From IMG/VR virus record IMGVR_UViG_3300018004_000004, positions 62,001 through 126,000 of that record: a stretch of DNA of 64,000 nucleotides; one strand, written 5' to 3'. The position numbers and the translations under genes are program-made. This document shows positions 33,701 through 42,600 of the stretch, piece after piece. How positions within the stretch are numbered: position 1 is the stretch's first letter; each line of letters starts with the position of its first letter. The notes below the pieces were generated by a model. The model saw only the letters and a program-made list of their open reading frames with translations. It made no database searches and was not told the origin of the DNA.

Positions 33701-34549
33701 CACACCACCGATAAACTCCTGAGTGATCTTGCTGGTATCTGTATCCCACTTTGTAGGCACAATGGCAACTGAGTTCTCAGTTGTATTATCGCGCCAGCGA
33801 TATTGTCCCCAGGTGAATCCAGGTAGATTAACAGATACCTGTCGGTTCACAGGCAGCAAACGCATTCTCTGAGCCAAACCCTGATCGCGTTGCTGTATAT
33901 ACAATATACACGACGGCTGCACGACATAGTGAGCCACATCATTCATGTCGATCGGGTGATACAACCCTGTAGGCAGGATCGACAGGTTGAGATACTGTGC
34001 TTCGGCGCCGGCTGGAGCTGTAAACTGCAGATTGATCTGTACTGCGTTAGCAATACCAGAAATGATTGTGCTGATTGGCAGCAACAGAGGAACTCCTGGC
34101 GGCCCATAAGTGCCGCTAGGAAGAGCCAAGCTAAGTCCAACAGGACCAGCAGACATACCACTGATCAAAATCGTGATGTTACCAGATACACTGGTGTAAG
34201 TAGTCTGTGGATAAACAATAGCACCAACTAGATGTCCAGCAGCTGTCGTACTGTTGTACCCGCGGGTGCACCCGCTGATGTGTGGAGAAGGTGTCTTGGA
34301 TGCCGAAGAGTAAGCGATCTCTTCCCCATCGATTGTTATCACCCCACCTGTCGGGGAGAACTCATCAACCTGAGTAAGGTAGATTGTTGTTGCTGAAGGA
34401 GAGACGCCCTGAGAAACGATAGACGTATATGCATCACCAAGATACGCAGAGGTAGTCTTGATGGCACCCTTCGTCGGGACAGACGTCCACTTAGGTGTGA
34501 AGCCTGTAATAGGCAGGGTCAGTCCAGCATCTTTGAACCATTGTAGCAT
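30800..34549 (-). CDS. large baseplate/tail structural protein
   Basis: 1249 aa, beta-rich; GCTRGYNSTTAAGH.VGA motif; W.PS.DY..GDVI carbohydrate-binding-like module. Confidence 0.75.
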   Translation of the reverse strand: MLQWFKDAGLTLPITGFTPKWTSVPTKGAIKTTSAYLGDAYTSIVSQGVSPSATTIYLTQVDEFSPTGGVITIDGEEIAYSSASKTPSPHISGCTRGYNSTTAAGHLVGAIVYPQTTYTSVSGNITILISGMSAGPVGLSLALPSGTYGPPGVPLLLPISTIISGIANAVQINLQFTAPAGAEAQYLNLSILPTGLYHPIDMNDVAHYVVQPSCILYIQQRDQGLAQRMRLLPVNRQVSVNLPGFTWGQYRWRDNTTENSVAIVPTKWDTDTSKITQEFIGGVGSIGETNDLEPIELQEIDSSVYLRALHGQYFTGVKRYFFPSDNWNLEFLPSVVGGSLTYQLLAPPREQTTVFVGNWRLDGQGFYEYNLNARYTFGPNFNPADVVNPQFTVDRVTGILTINPAVQSPQTTILLGVLSGGVTEYFDLPYYPVDSVIKLYVTGPDVNIPAYTFNREQGFITFPKASGTAAGQPLFAVVNPAIAVEYEYDVPDETEIQNTNIPDEQDLLKNTRLLTPDLNPAFSGLSSGYVFLQHRVLRPVAVTLSADKPQIAIPPTLSSIIGLIAYGPIYYNGDHALLTATAIGSLPNEVIPGAQLQVVPGGYNPLNGQPLQSYPFRGLINGVDPNTTPVVVVTGGDGIANLVYQPDNDFGFYIPTVSPWLVTSTTQTPSVTPTWTLVSGGGYGTVELPAPLLHEYWAGGNLRLTGFAPAAWNGDWQILTVDASINTLTVNMPNDPGTVTVVGLAGPTDTLVLPVPIAISQLWAAPPSNEGWLDYVYPVLSNQPLFGLSALDLTGNADIGVTLSGHATAQVVNNPPITLAVGNPVTISNATSSILDGSWVLTSAALSSGVWTVQWVQSGSLASTPQVAGSLLATGAVPFVADGTVDGAETILSVSWAGNVAQYTLATTPTNLEKGQNVKIVGCTTSTLNGFQNVLSVVGNVVSTPTTTAGSGTESEAGATLTYSNFIMNGVLTEWTKNLIPWVPSYDYQDGDVILDPNGNIQKVNTGGAGTSGLTPPTWAKLFNQPTTDNTVAWSNRGTPGPSTAVPIHVYDKLGNDYFDNIFSLFGNSQIDGTGLATVEVIQGHNTITIAVNDIINVYNATSPSLDGSWKVTAVSLNTPSAGYTTLSYQTNAGVLAPTAQLSGTLVDTSQGFNGEAVQVVFDKTLPNPSQGFVQAYLFQFLEREIIQMQVVGTNIYSNSIMLQMQPPNQLINNPYIVPSTAQTLGPPYYPTPLSDSVLNQNRLGIVTP

Positions 34550-35352
34550 TAGGTCGCCCAGTAACTCTGATCTTGTTGCATAATCGCTTGCACAGCTTCT
34601 TGAACTTGATACACCATAGTGCCGCCAGGCCCTTGCGCCATCTGACCAACGGCCGGATCCAGCAATGAGTAGATCGACACATCCCCGCCGATAATGTTAT
34701 ACGGCCACACTAACCGCTTGTAGGTTATTTGTGTGCCAGTTGGGACTGGAGCGCTGAAGACAAACGTGCCAGCAGCATAGTTGGGTGTGTAAGTGGGAAC
34801 TGGTACATTAAAGAGTTCTGATCCCGGGATAACATTGGGATACCCAACATTAACATTCTGACCAGAGATCGGCTGCGCGATGACTGTGAGGAGGTTCGAT
34901 TGCCGAGATATCCGAATAGTTGGCCCGTCCGCAACCAGTAGTGTAGCCGTTGCAATCGTGCCCGCGTTGATCGCCCCCACAACGTCAGATAACAAGTACC
35001 AAGTCCAAGCATCGTCGATATCCACTAGGACTACCGGAATGGTTTGGGTAGTCAGAAGTATTGTATCAGTAAGAACTATGCCATTCAAAGCTATGTCCAC
35101 TCGTAGTGGATTACCTGACACACTGGTCAGTGAGATCACGTTACCGATGCTAAGACCCAGCTGAAGAGTAAGCTCATTTAGCAAGCCTACATAGTCTTGA
35201 CTGGTGTCTATGCGAGTAGCGTTATTCAGGCGCTTGACGTATGCTTCAGATGTCTCGCCCGGCAGGCGACTCAGGCCTATCAGTACTCCTACTTCATCAG
35301 CGTAGGTAGTGCTGTTGGTCTGCGTAATCGTTGTGATAGTTGTAGGTGCCAT
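34549..35352 (-). CDS. baseplate wedge protein (gpI-like)
   Basis: DEVGVLIGLSRLPGETSEAYVKRL motif; lies near the gpJ-like gene. Confidence 0.65.
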   Translation of the reverse strand: MAPTTITTITQTNSTTYADEVGVLIGLSRLPGETSEAYVKRLNNATRIDTSQDYVGLLNELTLQLGLSIGNVISLTSVSGNPLRVDIALNGIVLTDTILLTTQTIPVVLVDIDDAWTWYLLSDVVGAINAGTIATATLLVADGPTIRISRQSNLLTVIAQPISGQNVNVGYPNVIPGSELFNVPVPTYTPNYAAGTFVFSAPVPTGTQITYKRLVWPYNIIGGDVSIYSLLDPAVGQMAQGPGGTMVYQVQEAVQAIMQQDQSYWAT

Positions 35353-36890
35353 TAGCTTATGATGACTGACGAGTAGTCGTCTGTTGCATAGATCGTTCTA
35401 GTGCTAGGATCCCACACATAAGCATCATACGAGATCTTTAGCGGGATTGCGAACTGTCCGGTCCAGGCCCAGAGCTTGTCGTAGGAATCAAACGCAATAC
35501 CCTGTATGCTAGGAACCACAGTGGCCAGACTGATCGTAGTCTTGACTTGGGCCGTGAAGTTTCCGAACGGAAAAGTGTCGGTTGTTTTGGCATTGTACGT
35601 CCCTAATGTTTCCAGGGAGATTAGCCACGTACCAATGACCGTCAGTGGAAACGCTACAGGTGTGGGATAGCCATCATTCCAGCCTCCCGTACCTGAGTAC
35701 TGCTGAAGAATCCCGTTCGGCAGGAGCACATACAGATTGCCATGCGGATCCTCGACGACGTAACGCCATTGCGTTACTGTGGAGGCTTGTGCCATTGCAA
35801 CCGGAGAGATATAGGCATACTTCGTATCCCCAGGCTGATTATAATCATACCACACATTGATAGTGTATGCTGGTTCCGAAGTATGTCCAGTCTCAAGCAG
35901 ATTGGCCGGCATCGGTGTTCTGCGATCGACATAGATCAGATTGGTCCCATCAGTCAAGAATAGGCCGTTAGTATTTGGTTCGACGGCGCAATCCACCATG
36001 GTAGTAGGAAGTTGATATGTCTGGTATGTTTCATACCCAGAGAACCTATTACGCTTGTAGACTTCCTTTAGTGTCACGTCATCTAACTGCCAGAAGCGCG
36101 GGAAGGTAACACCACGGTAGGCAGGATGTGTGAACGGACGATCGATATCCTGCTCGGCCGGGAGCTGAACTCCAAGCACATAACCTATCAGCTGGCAGCC
36201 TACAGGCAATCCTGTAATGCTGATGTTGCTGATTGAATACCATACGGAGTCGGTCTGATAGAAACCATCATCCGAAATGACCAGGACTTCGTTACGAGTC
36301 TTGATGTCCTGCGGCCAGATGGCCGGCGGATTCAGATACCCCGTAATCGAGACACTGAAAGCTGTCGTTACCGAGCCCATCCCGTGTACTGTGAACAAGA
36401 TAGAGTTAGGCAGAGCCAATACACCCGGGTTGAAACTATACGGTGTAACCCCATCCCCAGTCACATTGAGAATCTGAGGGTTTGACAAAGGCACAGCAGG
36501 TACACTTAGATCCTGGTAGATACGCGTAGGCACCGGAAGTGTATCATCATAGGCCCTTAATGTAACCAGAGGGCCTCCAGTTATCTGACCCTGAATCGTT
36601 GTCGGCGGCAGCAAGTTGCCTTGGGCATCATACGGCAGACTAAAGGACAGTGGAACCAGAGCCCCAAAGTATACACCGCTGTTATCTATGTTCATCGGAA
36701 CATCTGATAGATTCAGCGCGCGCAGCTCACGATTGATCTGCATGTTCTGCAGCTCCATCGGATTAGCCACAGCATTCAGGAGCTGAGCAACTACTGTGAC
36801 CGGATTCTCACGAACACGGATGTCAGTATCCGGGTAATAGTTCAGCATCACCTGGGTCAGGTGCGAATAGATTGTTGGCGGTGTGCTCAT
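35352..36890 (-). CDS. putative baseplate protein
   Basis: Directly downstream of the gpJ-like gene, TAATG-coupled. Confidence 0.65.
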   Translation of the reverse strand: MSTPPTIYSHLTQVMLNYYPDTDIRVRENPVTVVAQLLNAVANPMELQNMQINRELRALNLSDVPMNIDNSGVYFGALVPLSFSLPYDAQGNLLPPTTIQGQITGGPLVTLRAYDDTLPVPTRIYQDLSVPAVPLSNPQILNVTGDGVTPYSFNPGVLALPNSILFTVHGMGSVTTAFSVSITGYLNPPAIWPQDIKTRNEVLVISDDGFYQTDSVWYSISNISITGLPVGCQLIGYVLGVQLPAEQDIDRPFTHPAYRGVTFPRFWQLDDVTLKEVYKRNRFSGYETYQTYQLPTTMVDCAVEPNTNGLFLTDGTNLIYVDRRTPMPANLLETGHTSEPAYTINVWYDYNQPGDTKYAYISPVAMAQASTVTQWRYVVEDPHGNLYVLLPNGILQQYSGTGGWNDGYPTPVAFPLTVIGTWLISLETLGTYNAKTTDTFPFGNFTAQVKTTISLATVVPSIQGIAFDSYDKLWAWTGQFAIPLKISYDAYVWDPSTRTIYATDDYSSVIIS

Positions 36891-38092
36891 TAAGATGCCG
36901 GTATCAGGTTGATCGGATTAGAGATCGAGTACTCAGTTACAATGCGTTCGCCCAAAGCTGGCGTGTAGTCTTGTACCAAGAAGCGGCTGTATCTTGATCC
37001 GTCAGCGCGGCTGCGCCAGATGAAGATACTATTTATAGGATCATCGGGAGTTCCAATGTCAAGGATATTCTGATCAGCGTTGATTATCTGGGCTGCGAGT
37101 TCATTGATGATCAAGGGACTCCCGATGCTTAAGTTGTTGATGTAGTTCTGTGCGGCCGCCACAGCATTTTGAAGGATGCTGGCTTGATTGGCCGAGGACA
37201 CACCGGCAACGAAGGTAACCGTTGTCTCGAGGCTTATACCTACGAGATTCGGCGCCACAGCCAGACCTGTTAGAGGATAGGCTGCTGTGTTATTGATGGC
37301 TGTCTGGACGAGCTGGAGCAAACTTGGAGGGACTTGAGGGGCGATTCCATAAACATAACATGTAAACGTGCCCGCCTGAGGCTGGAAAACAACATTCTGC
37401 ACGCCGGGGACTTGTAGAATAGCGAACTGTAGAGCCGCTTGATTGGCTCCAGCTCTGGATGTGATCTTGAGGTTGATTCTGTAGCGATAGTCATTATCAC
37501 TCTCCGCGTCGGATCCGCCGACCACCCCAAAGTTATTCGTAACAAGCAAGGTGCCGTACTGAGACTGTGCATAGTTCTGGAAGTTGCAAACGTCAATGAC
37601 GCCTGCAGCAATGTTACCTGCGGAGCCTGGTGTCTGACTAGCTGCTGAGAAGAAAGCCGAGCTGGCTGCAGCCACTAGAGTCACAGCTTGGGTAAGAACG
37701 AATACAGGACCACCTGGAGTACTGGAGGTAACGATTGTACCTACAGGCACTATAATATTCTGGCCATTATTGATTGTACCAAAGGTCCCAGAACGAACGT
37801 AGAACTCGAAGTTGTTGTCATCTGGTGTGACTGTGGTATTCGTCTGAGCCAGACGCGTTACACCGAAGATGTCTCCGATCAAATCCAGAGAGCTGCCAGT
37901 AGCATAAGGCAGCAGACTCTGAGACACCATATTGAAACAGTCTGTCTCTGTAGTACCCAGCACATCTCCAACGATGTCAGCGATCGCGCGCGCCTTACCG
38001 CCAGGCGACAGCTGAGTGATAGCTGTAGTTGCCAGAGCGCTTAGGATCTGATTTTGGAATGTAGTCGCTGAGGTAGGTTGCTGTATGGGCAT
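36890..38092 (-). CDS. baseplate wedge protein, gpJ family
   Basis: ATGSSLDLIGDIFGVTR, GSAGNIAAG, GGSDAESDNDYRYRI, VPGVQNV motifs. Confidence 0.92.
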   Translation of the reverse strand: MPIQQPTSATTFQNQILSALATTAITQLSPGGKARAIADIVGDVLGTTETDCFNMVSQSLLPYATGSSLDLIGDIFGVTRLAQTNTTVTPDDNNFEFYVRSGTFGTINNGQNIIVPVGTIVTSSTPGGPVFVLTQAVTLVAAASSAFFSAASQTPGSAGNIAAGVIDVCNFQNYAQSQYGTLLVTNNFGVVGGSDAESDNDYRYRINLKITSRAGANQAALQFAILQVPGVQNVVFQPQAGTFTCYVYGIAPQVPPSLLQLVQTAINNTAAYPLTGLAVAPNLVGISLETTVTFVAGVSSANQASILQNAVAAAQNYINNLSIGSPLIINELAAQIINADQNILDIGTPDDPINSIFIWRSRADGSRYSRFLVQDYTPALGERIVTEYSISNPINLIPAS

Positions 38093-38093
38093 A

Positions 38094-38501
38094 TTAGGAA
38101 ACCGTCGATGTCCCTGTCAATGGATTCAGCGTTGCTGTTGCGATCAAGGACTGATTGAGATAAACATAGATCGTGATGATGTCATTGTCCTGAATACTCT
38201 GGACATTGAAGGAACCGCGAGGAAGGAACTGATTGGTCAGAGAGTTATTTACCTGCCGGCGCAAGGTGATGTTAAGCTCCTGATTAATCGTATCACCTAG
38301 TCTGGCTTGCAGGTCAGCCCCGATTGGATATAGCTGCCAGCCATTAAGCGCCGCCTTCAATCGGGTACGTGTCATGTCCTGGATACTAGCCAGGGTAGAA
38401 GGGTTAGTTGTAGCAAGATCACCGCCAGAGAGGATAAAGTCGCCTTGCGACATCCACTGGAAGTCTATGAAGCCGCCCGGGATTGTAGGTGAAGTTGCCA
38501 T
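38094..38501 (-). CDS. baseplate wedge / sheath initiator (gp25-like)
   Basis: GDLA...IQ...TRL.....W..YP.GADL...LG motif; precedes gpJ. Confidence 0.75.
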   Translation of the reverse strand: MATSPTIPGGFIDFQWMSQGDFILSGGDLATTNPSTLASIQDMTRTRLKAALNGWQLYPIGADLQARLGDTINQELNITLRRQVNNSLTNQFLPRGSFNVQSIQDNDIITIYVYLNQSLIATATLNPLTGTSTVS

Positions 38502-38917
38502 TAGCTTGGGAAACTAGGATCAGCTGCTTGTAGATTGCTGACTGAGCTAGAGACAGTAGCAGCTGAGGACAAAAGACGAGGAGTATCGTTCACGAGGGTT
38601 GGCACCGGAACTGCAGCGCTCGACCCTATACTTGAAAGCTGGACTGGATTGAGAGTCCAATAACCGCAACCAAAGTGGATATTCTCCAATGACTCGGAGA
38701 ACGATGTCGGACCACTGATAGCGATACCGAAGATGTTGTCTACCAAGATGCCAAGGCCCAACTTACTGTACATGGCCGCAGACGCATCATCAATGAAGAC
38801 ATACGGCTGGCCAACCCAATCAGTACCAGCGTGTATAAGCTTAGGAACTTGCGTACCCGGCGGGGCAAACAAGGGTAGTTGTTGGTCATTCACGATCGCA
38901 TTGGCAGGAGTAGACAT
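38501..38917 (-). CDS. hypothetical protein (central-spike position)
   Basis: Coupled ORF between the hub and gp25-like genes. Confidence 0.6.
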   Translation of the reverse strand: MSTPANAIVNDQQLPLFAPPGTQVPKLIHAGTDWVGQPYVFIDDASAAMYSKLGLGILVDNIFGIAISGPTSFSESLENIHFGCGYWTLNPVQLSSIGSSAAVPVPTLVNDTPRLLSSAATVSSSVSNLQAADPSFPS

Positions 38918-39576
38918 TAGGTGCCACCAACTATCCCATGATCATCTGGATTGACCGTATTGAAGGAGTAGGCGAAGGAAGCCTTTGAAACAGTGCCAGC
39001 CACAGGTGTTTCTTGATACTGAACACTGGTAGAGGTAAACGGAGTAGTCATGGGAGGAATACGATGTGATTCTGCCACAACATGATCCATCTCCTGGAAC
39101 GGACCCAGGGTGCGAAGAATATCATGATGCTGTTCCGATACATACGGAAGAAGTCGGCATCTGATGTAGGTGTTATCGAACTTGCTATCGAGGATCCCTG
39201 GAGTCACAACATTCCCCTGGTTATCCACAACGCCTGCATTGTCTTCTACCGCGGCAATCCAGACCAAGTAGTTACCAGTATTCTGATCCACGACAGGATT
39301 CGCAAGTTTATTAGGGTCAGTCGTACCGGAGAGATATAGAACGGGGTCGGGTCCTTGACCGCTATCAGGATCTGCATTTGCTTGCTGCTGAATCCAGATA
39401 CGCCGCGGACAGGAGGTACGGTATGGGTCCGTAGATGTGTCGCCGGCTTTGCTGAAGTTCTGACAATGCGAGCAGGGACTAACTACCGCCAACTCTTTCT
39501 GAGCAGCTGACTTAGTAGAATCCGACGTGCTGGCAATCCTGAGACCTAGCTCAGCGTTGCGTTGATCCTTTGCCAC
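38917..39576 (-). CDS. hypothetical protein (central-spike position)
   Basis: GGAGG RBS with GTG start; CxxC...C motif. Confidence 0.7.
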   Translation of the reverse strand: MAKDQRNAELGLRIASTSDSTKSAAQKELAVVSPCSHCQNFSKAGDTSTDPYRTSCPRRIWIQQQANADPDSGQGPDPVLYLSGTTDPNKLANPVVDQNTGNYLVWIAAVEDNAGVVDNQGNVVTPGILDSKFDNTYIRCRLLPYVSEQHHDILRTLGPFQEMDHVVAESHRIPPMTTPFTSTSVQYQETPVAGTVSKASFAYSFNTVNPDDHGIVGGT

Positions 39577-39587
39577 ATCTACCTCCT

Positions 39588-39602
39588 CTGATTAGTATAC
39601 CA
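39588..39602 (-). promoter_or_regulatory. putative promoter TGGTATACTAATCAG
   Basis: Intergenic; shares the TATACTAATCAG core with 4372 and 63212. Confidence 0.6.
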
Positions 39603-39612
39603 TATCGCGTGG

Positions 39613-42600
39613 TTAGATAAGACCCATATTGCGAGCCTGGCGGAACGAGAACATAAGGGGCTCGATTTCGTCTTCCTTGAAATACTGCCACTTTGTCTGC
39701 AAAGTACCCAGAACATCATCCACCTTCCAGCCTTCTAGACCTGAAATCCAGGGTCTCTGGAAACGAGTAAGTGGAGCAATACCCATTGGATTGAGGCGGT
39801 TAACTATCTTACCGGTCCAGAAGATAGCTGCTCCGCCTGCTAGCGCGGCCGGCACAGCAATCCATGGACTGATAGCCGCGGCGCCAATCAAGGCAAGAAT
39901 GCCTAACTCCGCCTCAACCACAGGCAAGTTGGAGCTATTGATTAGAGGATTGTGTATCGTCCAGCCTTCAATCTGGGTTTCCATTCTGGTCAGCATATCC
40001 CACACAGCCTGGTGTATAGGCATGCTCAGCTTATCGTTGATCACGACAAACGCGCGCGGACGTACGATCGTAATGAAACCAGTCTCCTGATTGAATGAGT
40101 GGATCACACTATCAACTTCGACCGGGCCCGAGATGCCGGTGGAAGGATCCAGAAGCATCAGGACATCGAAAGGCTCGATCTCTGGGTTGCCAAGAAGTAC
40201 CAACTCACCACGATAAGCCTTAGCCAGTTCATCACGCAAAAAGCTCTGCATGTAGGCATTCGTATAAGGCGTATCGCCTTTGATGTTCTTCTTGTCCACA
40301 ATGAACGGATCAGCGAGCAACATACGACGATACTGCGAGGGTATCGCTTCATTGGCTGGTAACGTCTGATTCACCAAGCGGACTGTATTGTAAAAGTTCT
40401 CATTCAGATTGATACCGTTATGAATGATGTTATCACCATTCACTAAGTGCCAACGACGGACGGGCTTCATACGAGCATTCACAGCCAGATTAGCACCTGG
40501 TTGAGTCTGTTGATTTAGCCAGGTGTAGTAGTTCTGGACTAGTTGCTGAAGACCTTGTTCTCCCTGGAATGGAGAGATTGTTTTGCCAGGAGACGTGCCT
40601 ATAACCAGGCCAAGAGAAGAAACATTACTTGCCATCTGCTGCGCGAAGATGTTAGTGATGTTGAAGAAGACTCCAGGCCCACCACCATTGATGTAACCTA
40701 TCATCTTGTCAGCGGCCGCATTAGGACTTTGTAAAGTTGCACCTACAGTAGCTATAAAGAAAGTATAGAACTCTGAGCCTTCTGTGGCGCCATTCAGAGT
40801 ATATTCATATTGGTTCTCTGCACTAGAAGCCCATTGAGAACCAACACCGTTGCAGAAAGCCCTGAACTGAGCCTGTCCACTATTGGTACCACCTGTCCAC
40901 CAGAGATTAAACTGGATCGTATCTGAAGCCGCTTGCTGCTGCAACTCGACCTCGCCTGGGACTGGCGTACGCGAAGAATAGAAATCATGTGGATTAGCAA
41001 ACACAAGGGTAGCATCCGCAGTATATGGAAAACCATATTGCTTAACGGCGAGAATGAACTCAGGATAGCGACGAGCAATATCCTGGATATACGTCCAAGG
41101 AGTCATAATAGAATCCTTGGGGATGTAGTACTCTGGCGAACCGTAGCCGCCTGGCAGTTCATACCACCACGTACGAGCTCCACCCTTTGCATCAGCTATA
41201 GCTGTACCATCTGGTCCAAAGATGTGTGTTGTTAGGATATTCTCAAAGCTACGATCGTAGCCTGATTCTAATCCAGTTGCCCCAGCCGTCAGAGGTGAAC
41301 TGCTAGCCAGAATCAAAACCGAACCCAGCAGGGTGTTCCAGTTATGGCCCTTGATGTAGTGATCCGTCGGAGCGCCAAGCTGCCAACGACCAAAATGCTT
41401 AGCTGTGCTGACACTCAGCATGGCACTCATAACGTCAGCCACAGTCCCACCTGGAGAGTTAAGGCCAGGAATCTTGTAGCCTCCAACAGTACTGTTGCCT
41501 CCGAAGGCAGGTGTGTTACCGAAGATACCACCAAGCAAATCACCTGGGATACTAGGTATATTGCTAGGAAAATCACGAACACTCTTTACAAGAGCATTGG
41601 TCAGCTTGTTGATACGCCCATCAACCGTAAATCCATCCTTACGGATCTCATCTTGGGCCGGCACAACTAGCTCCAGCATGTAGCTCTGGCAGACGATCGA
41701 GAGGATCTCATCACCCTCGATTTGTGTTACCTGGCCGGTAAAGACAGGCACAAGCAAATCAGGATTATTCGAGAACCCCATGCGCACCTGTACCTTAGTA
41801 CCGGTCTGTAGAGCAAAATAACGAAGCGGGAACTTGTTATCGACCTGGCGATTCGATGTGGTAGTATCAACAGGACGATGGGCCGCGATCTGAGGGAATC
41901 GATTATCAAGAGTCCATGCATCAGCTGTGGGCTGATTGATATCCATACTAGCCACACCACCAGCAGGGATGACAAGCTGCTGATCGGCTGGTATGTTAGT
42001 TGTTACCGGCGCGTGCAGTCTTGCTTCCTGGCGGCCTTGCGGCGTACCGTCAAACATGTGTTGATCCAACATGTGCAGGAGATTGGAGACCTGAATGACC
42101 GCTGTGTCGGGTCTATCCCGATAGCGAATGATCTCCATATCAAGAACCGTAGCATACGAGTAGAAGTTATCGTAAGCGTAGAACGGTTTCTGCGCGTTGT
42201 CTTCCATCAGGAACAACTTGAATGTGGGGAATGCCTTGGACATCGTGTAGCTAGAAGGCTTAACATTTGAAATGATAGCCTGTGCATTACCCGTGAAGGA
42301 TGCTGTATTTGTATGAACCAGCTTCCCTGTATCGACATTAGGGGTTACTTGTTCGAAGTTTGTTACCGAAGTCATTGTCTGCGAAACAATGGAAGTGATC
42401 TGCTTCTGCATGCTGGCAATCAGGTCAGCATTGTCATCATGGAAGTACATGGCCGGATTGTTATCGCGGCCGACGTATGTAACATCTTTGAGACCCATAT
42501 CCAGATAGCACGAGTGTCCTGGGAGCTGAGCATTACCAGGTGTGGTAATCGTCTGTGTTGTCACAAACATAGGTTTCAGCTGTGGAGACGACTGCGCGCG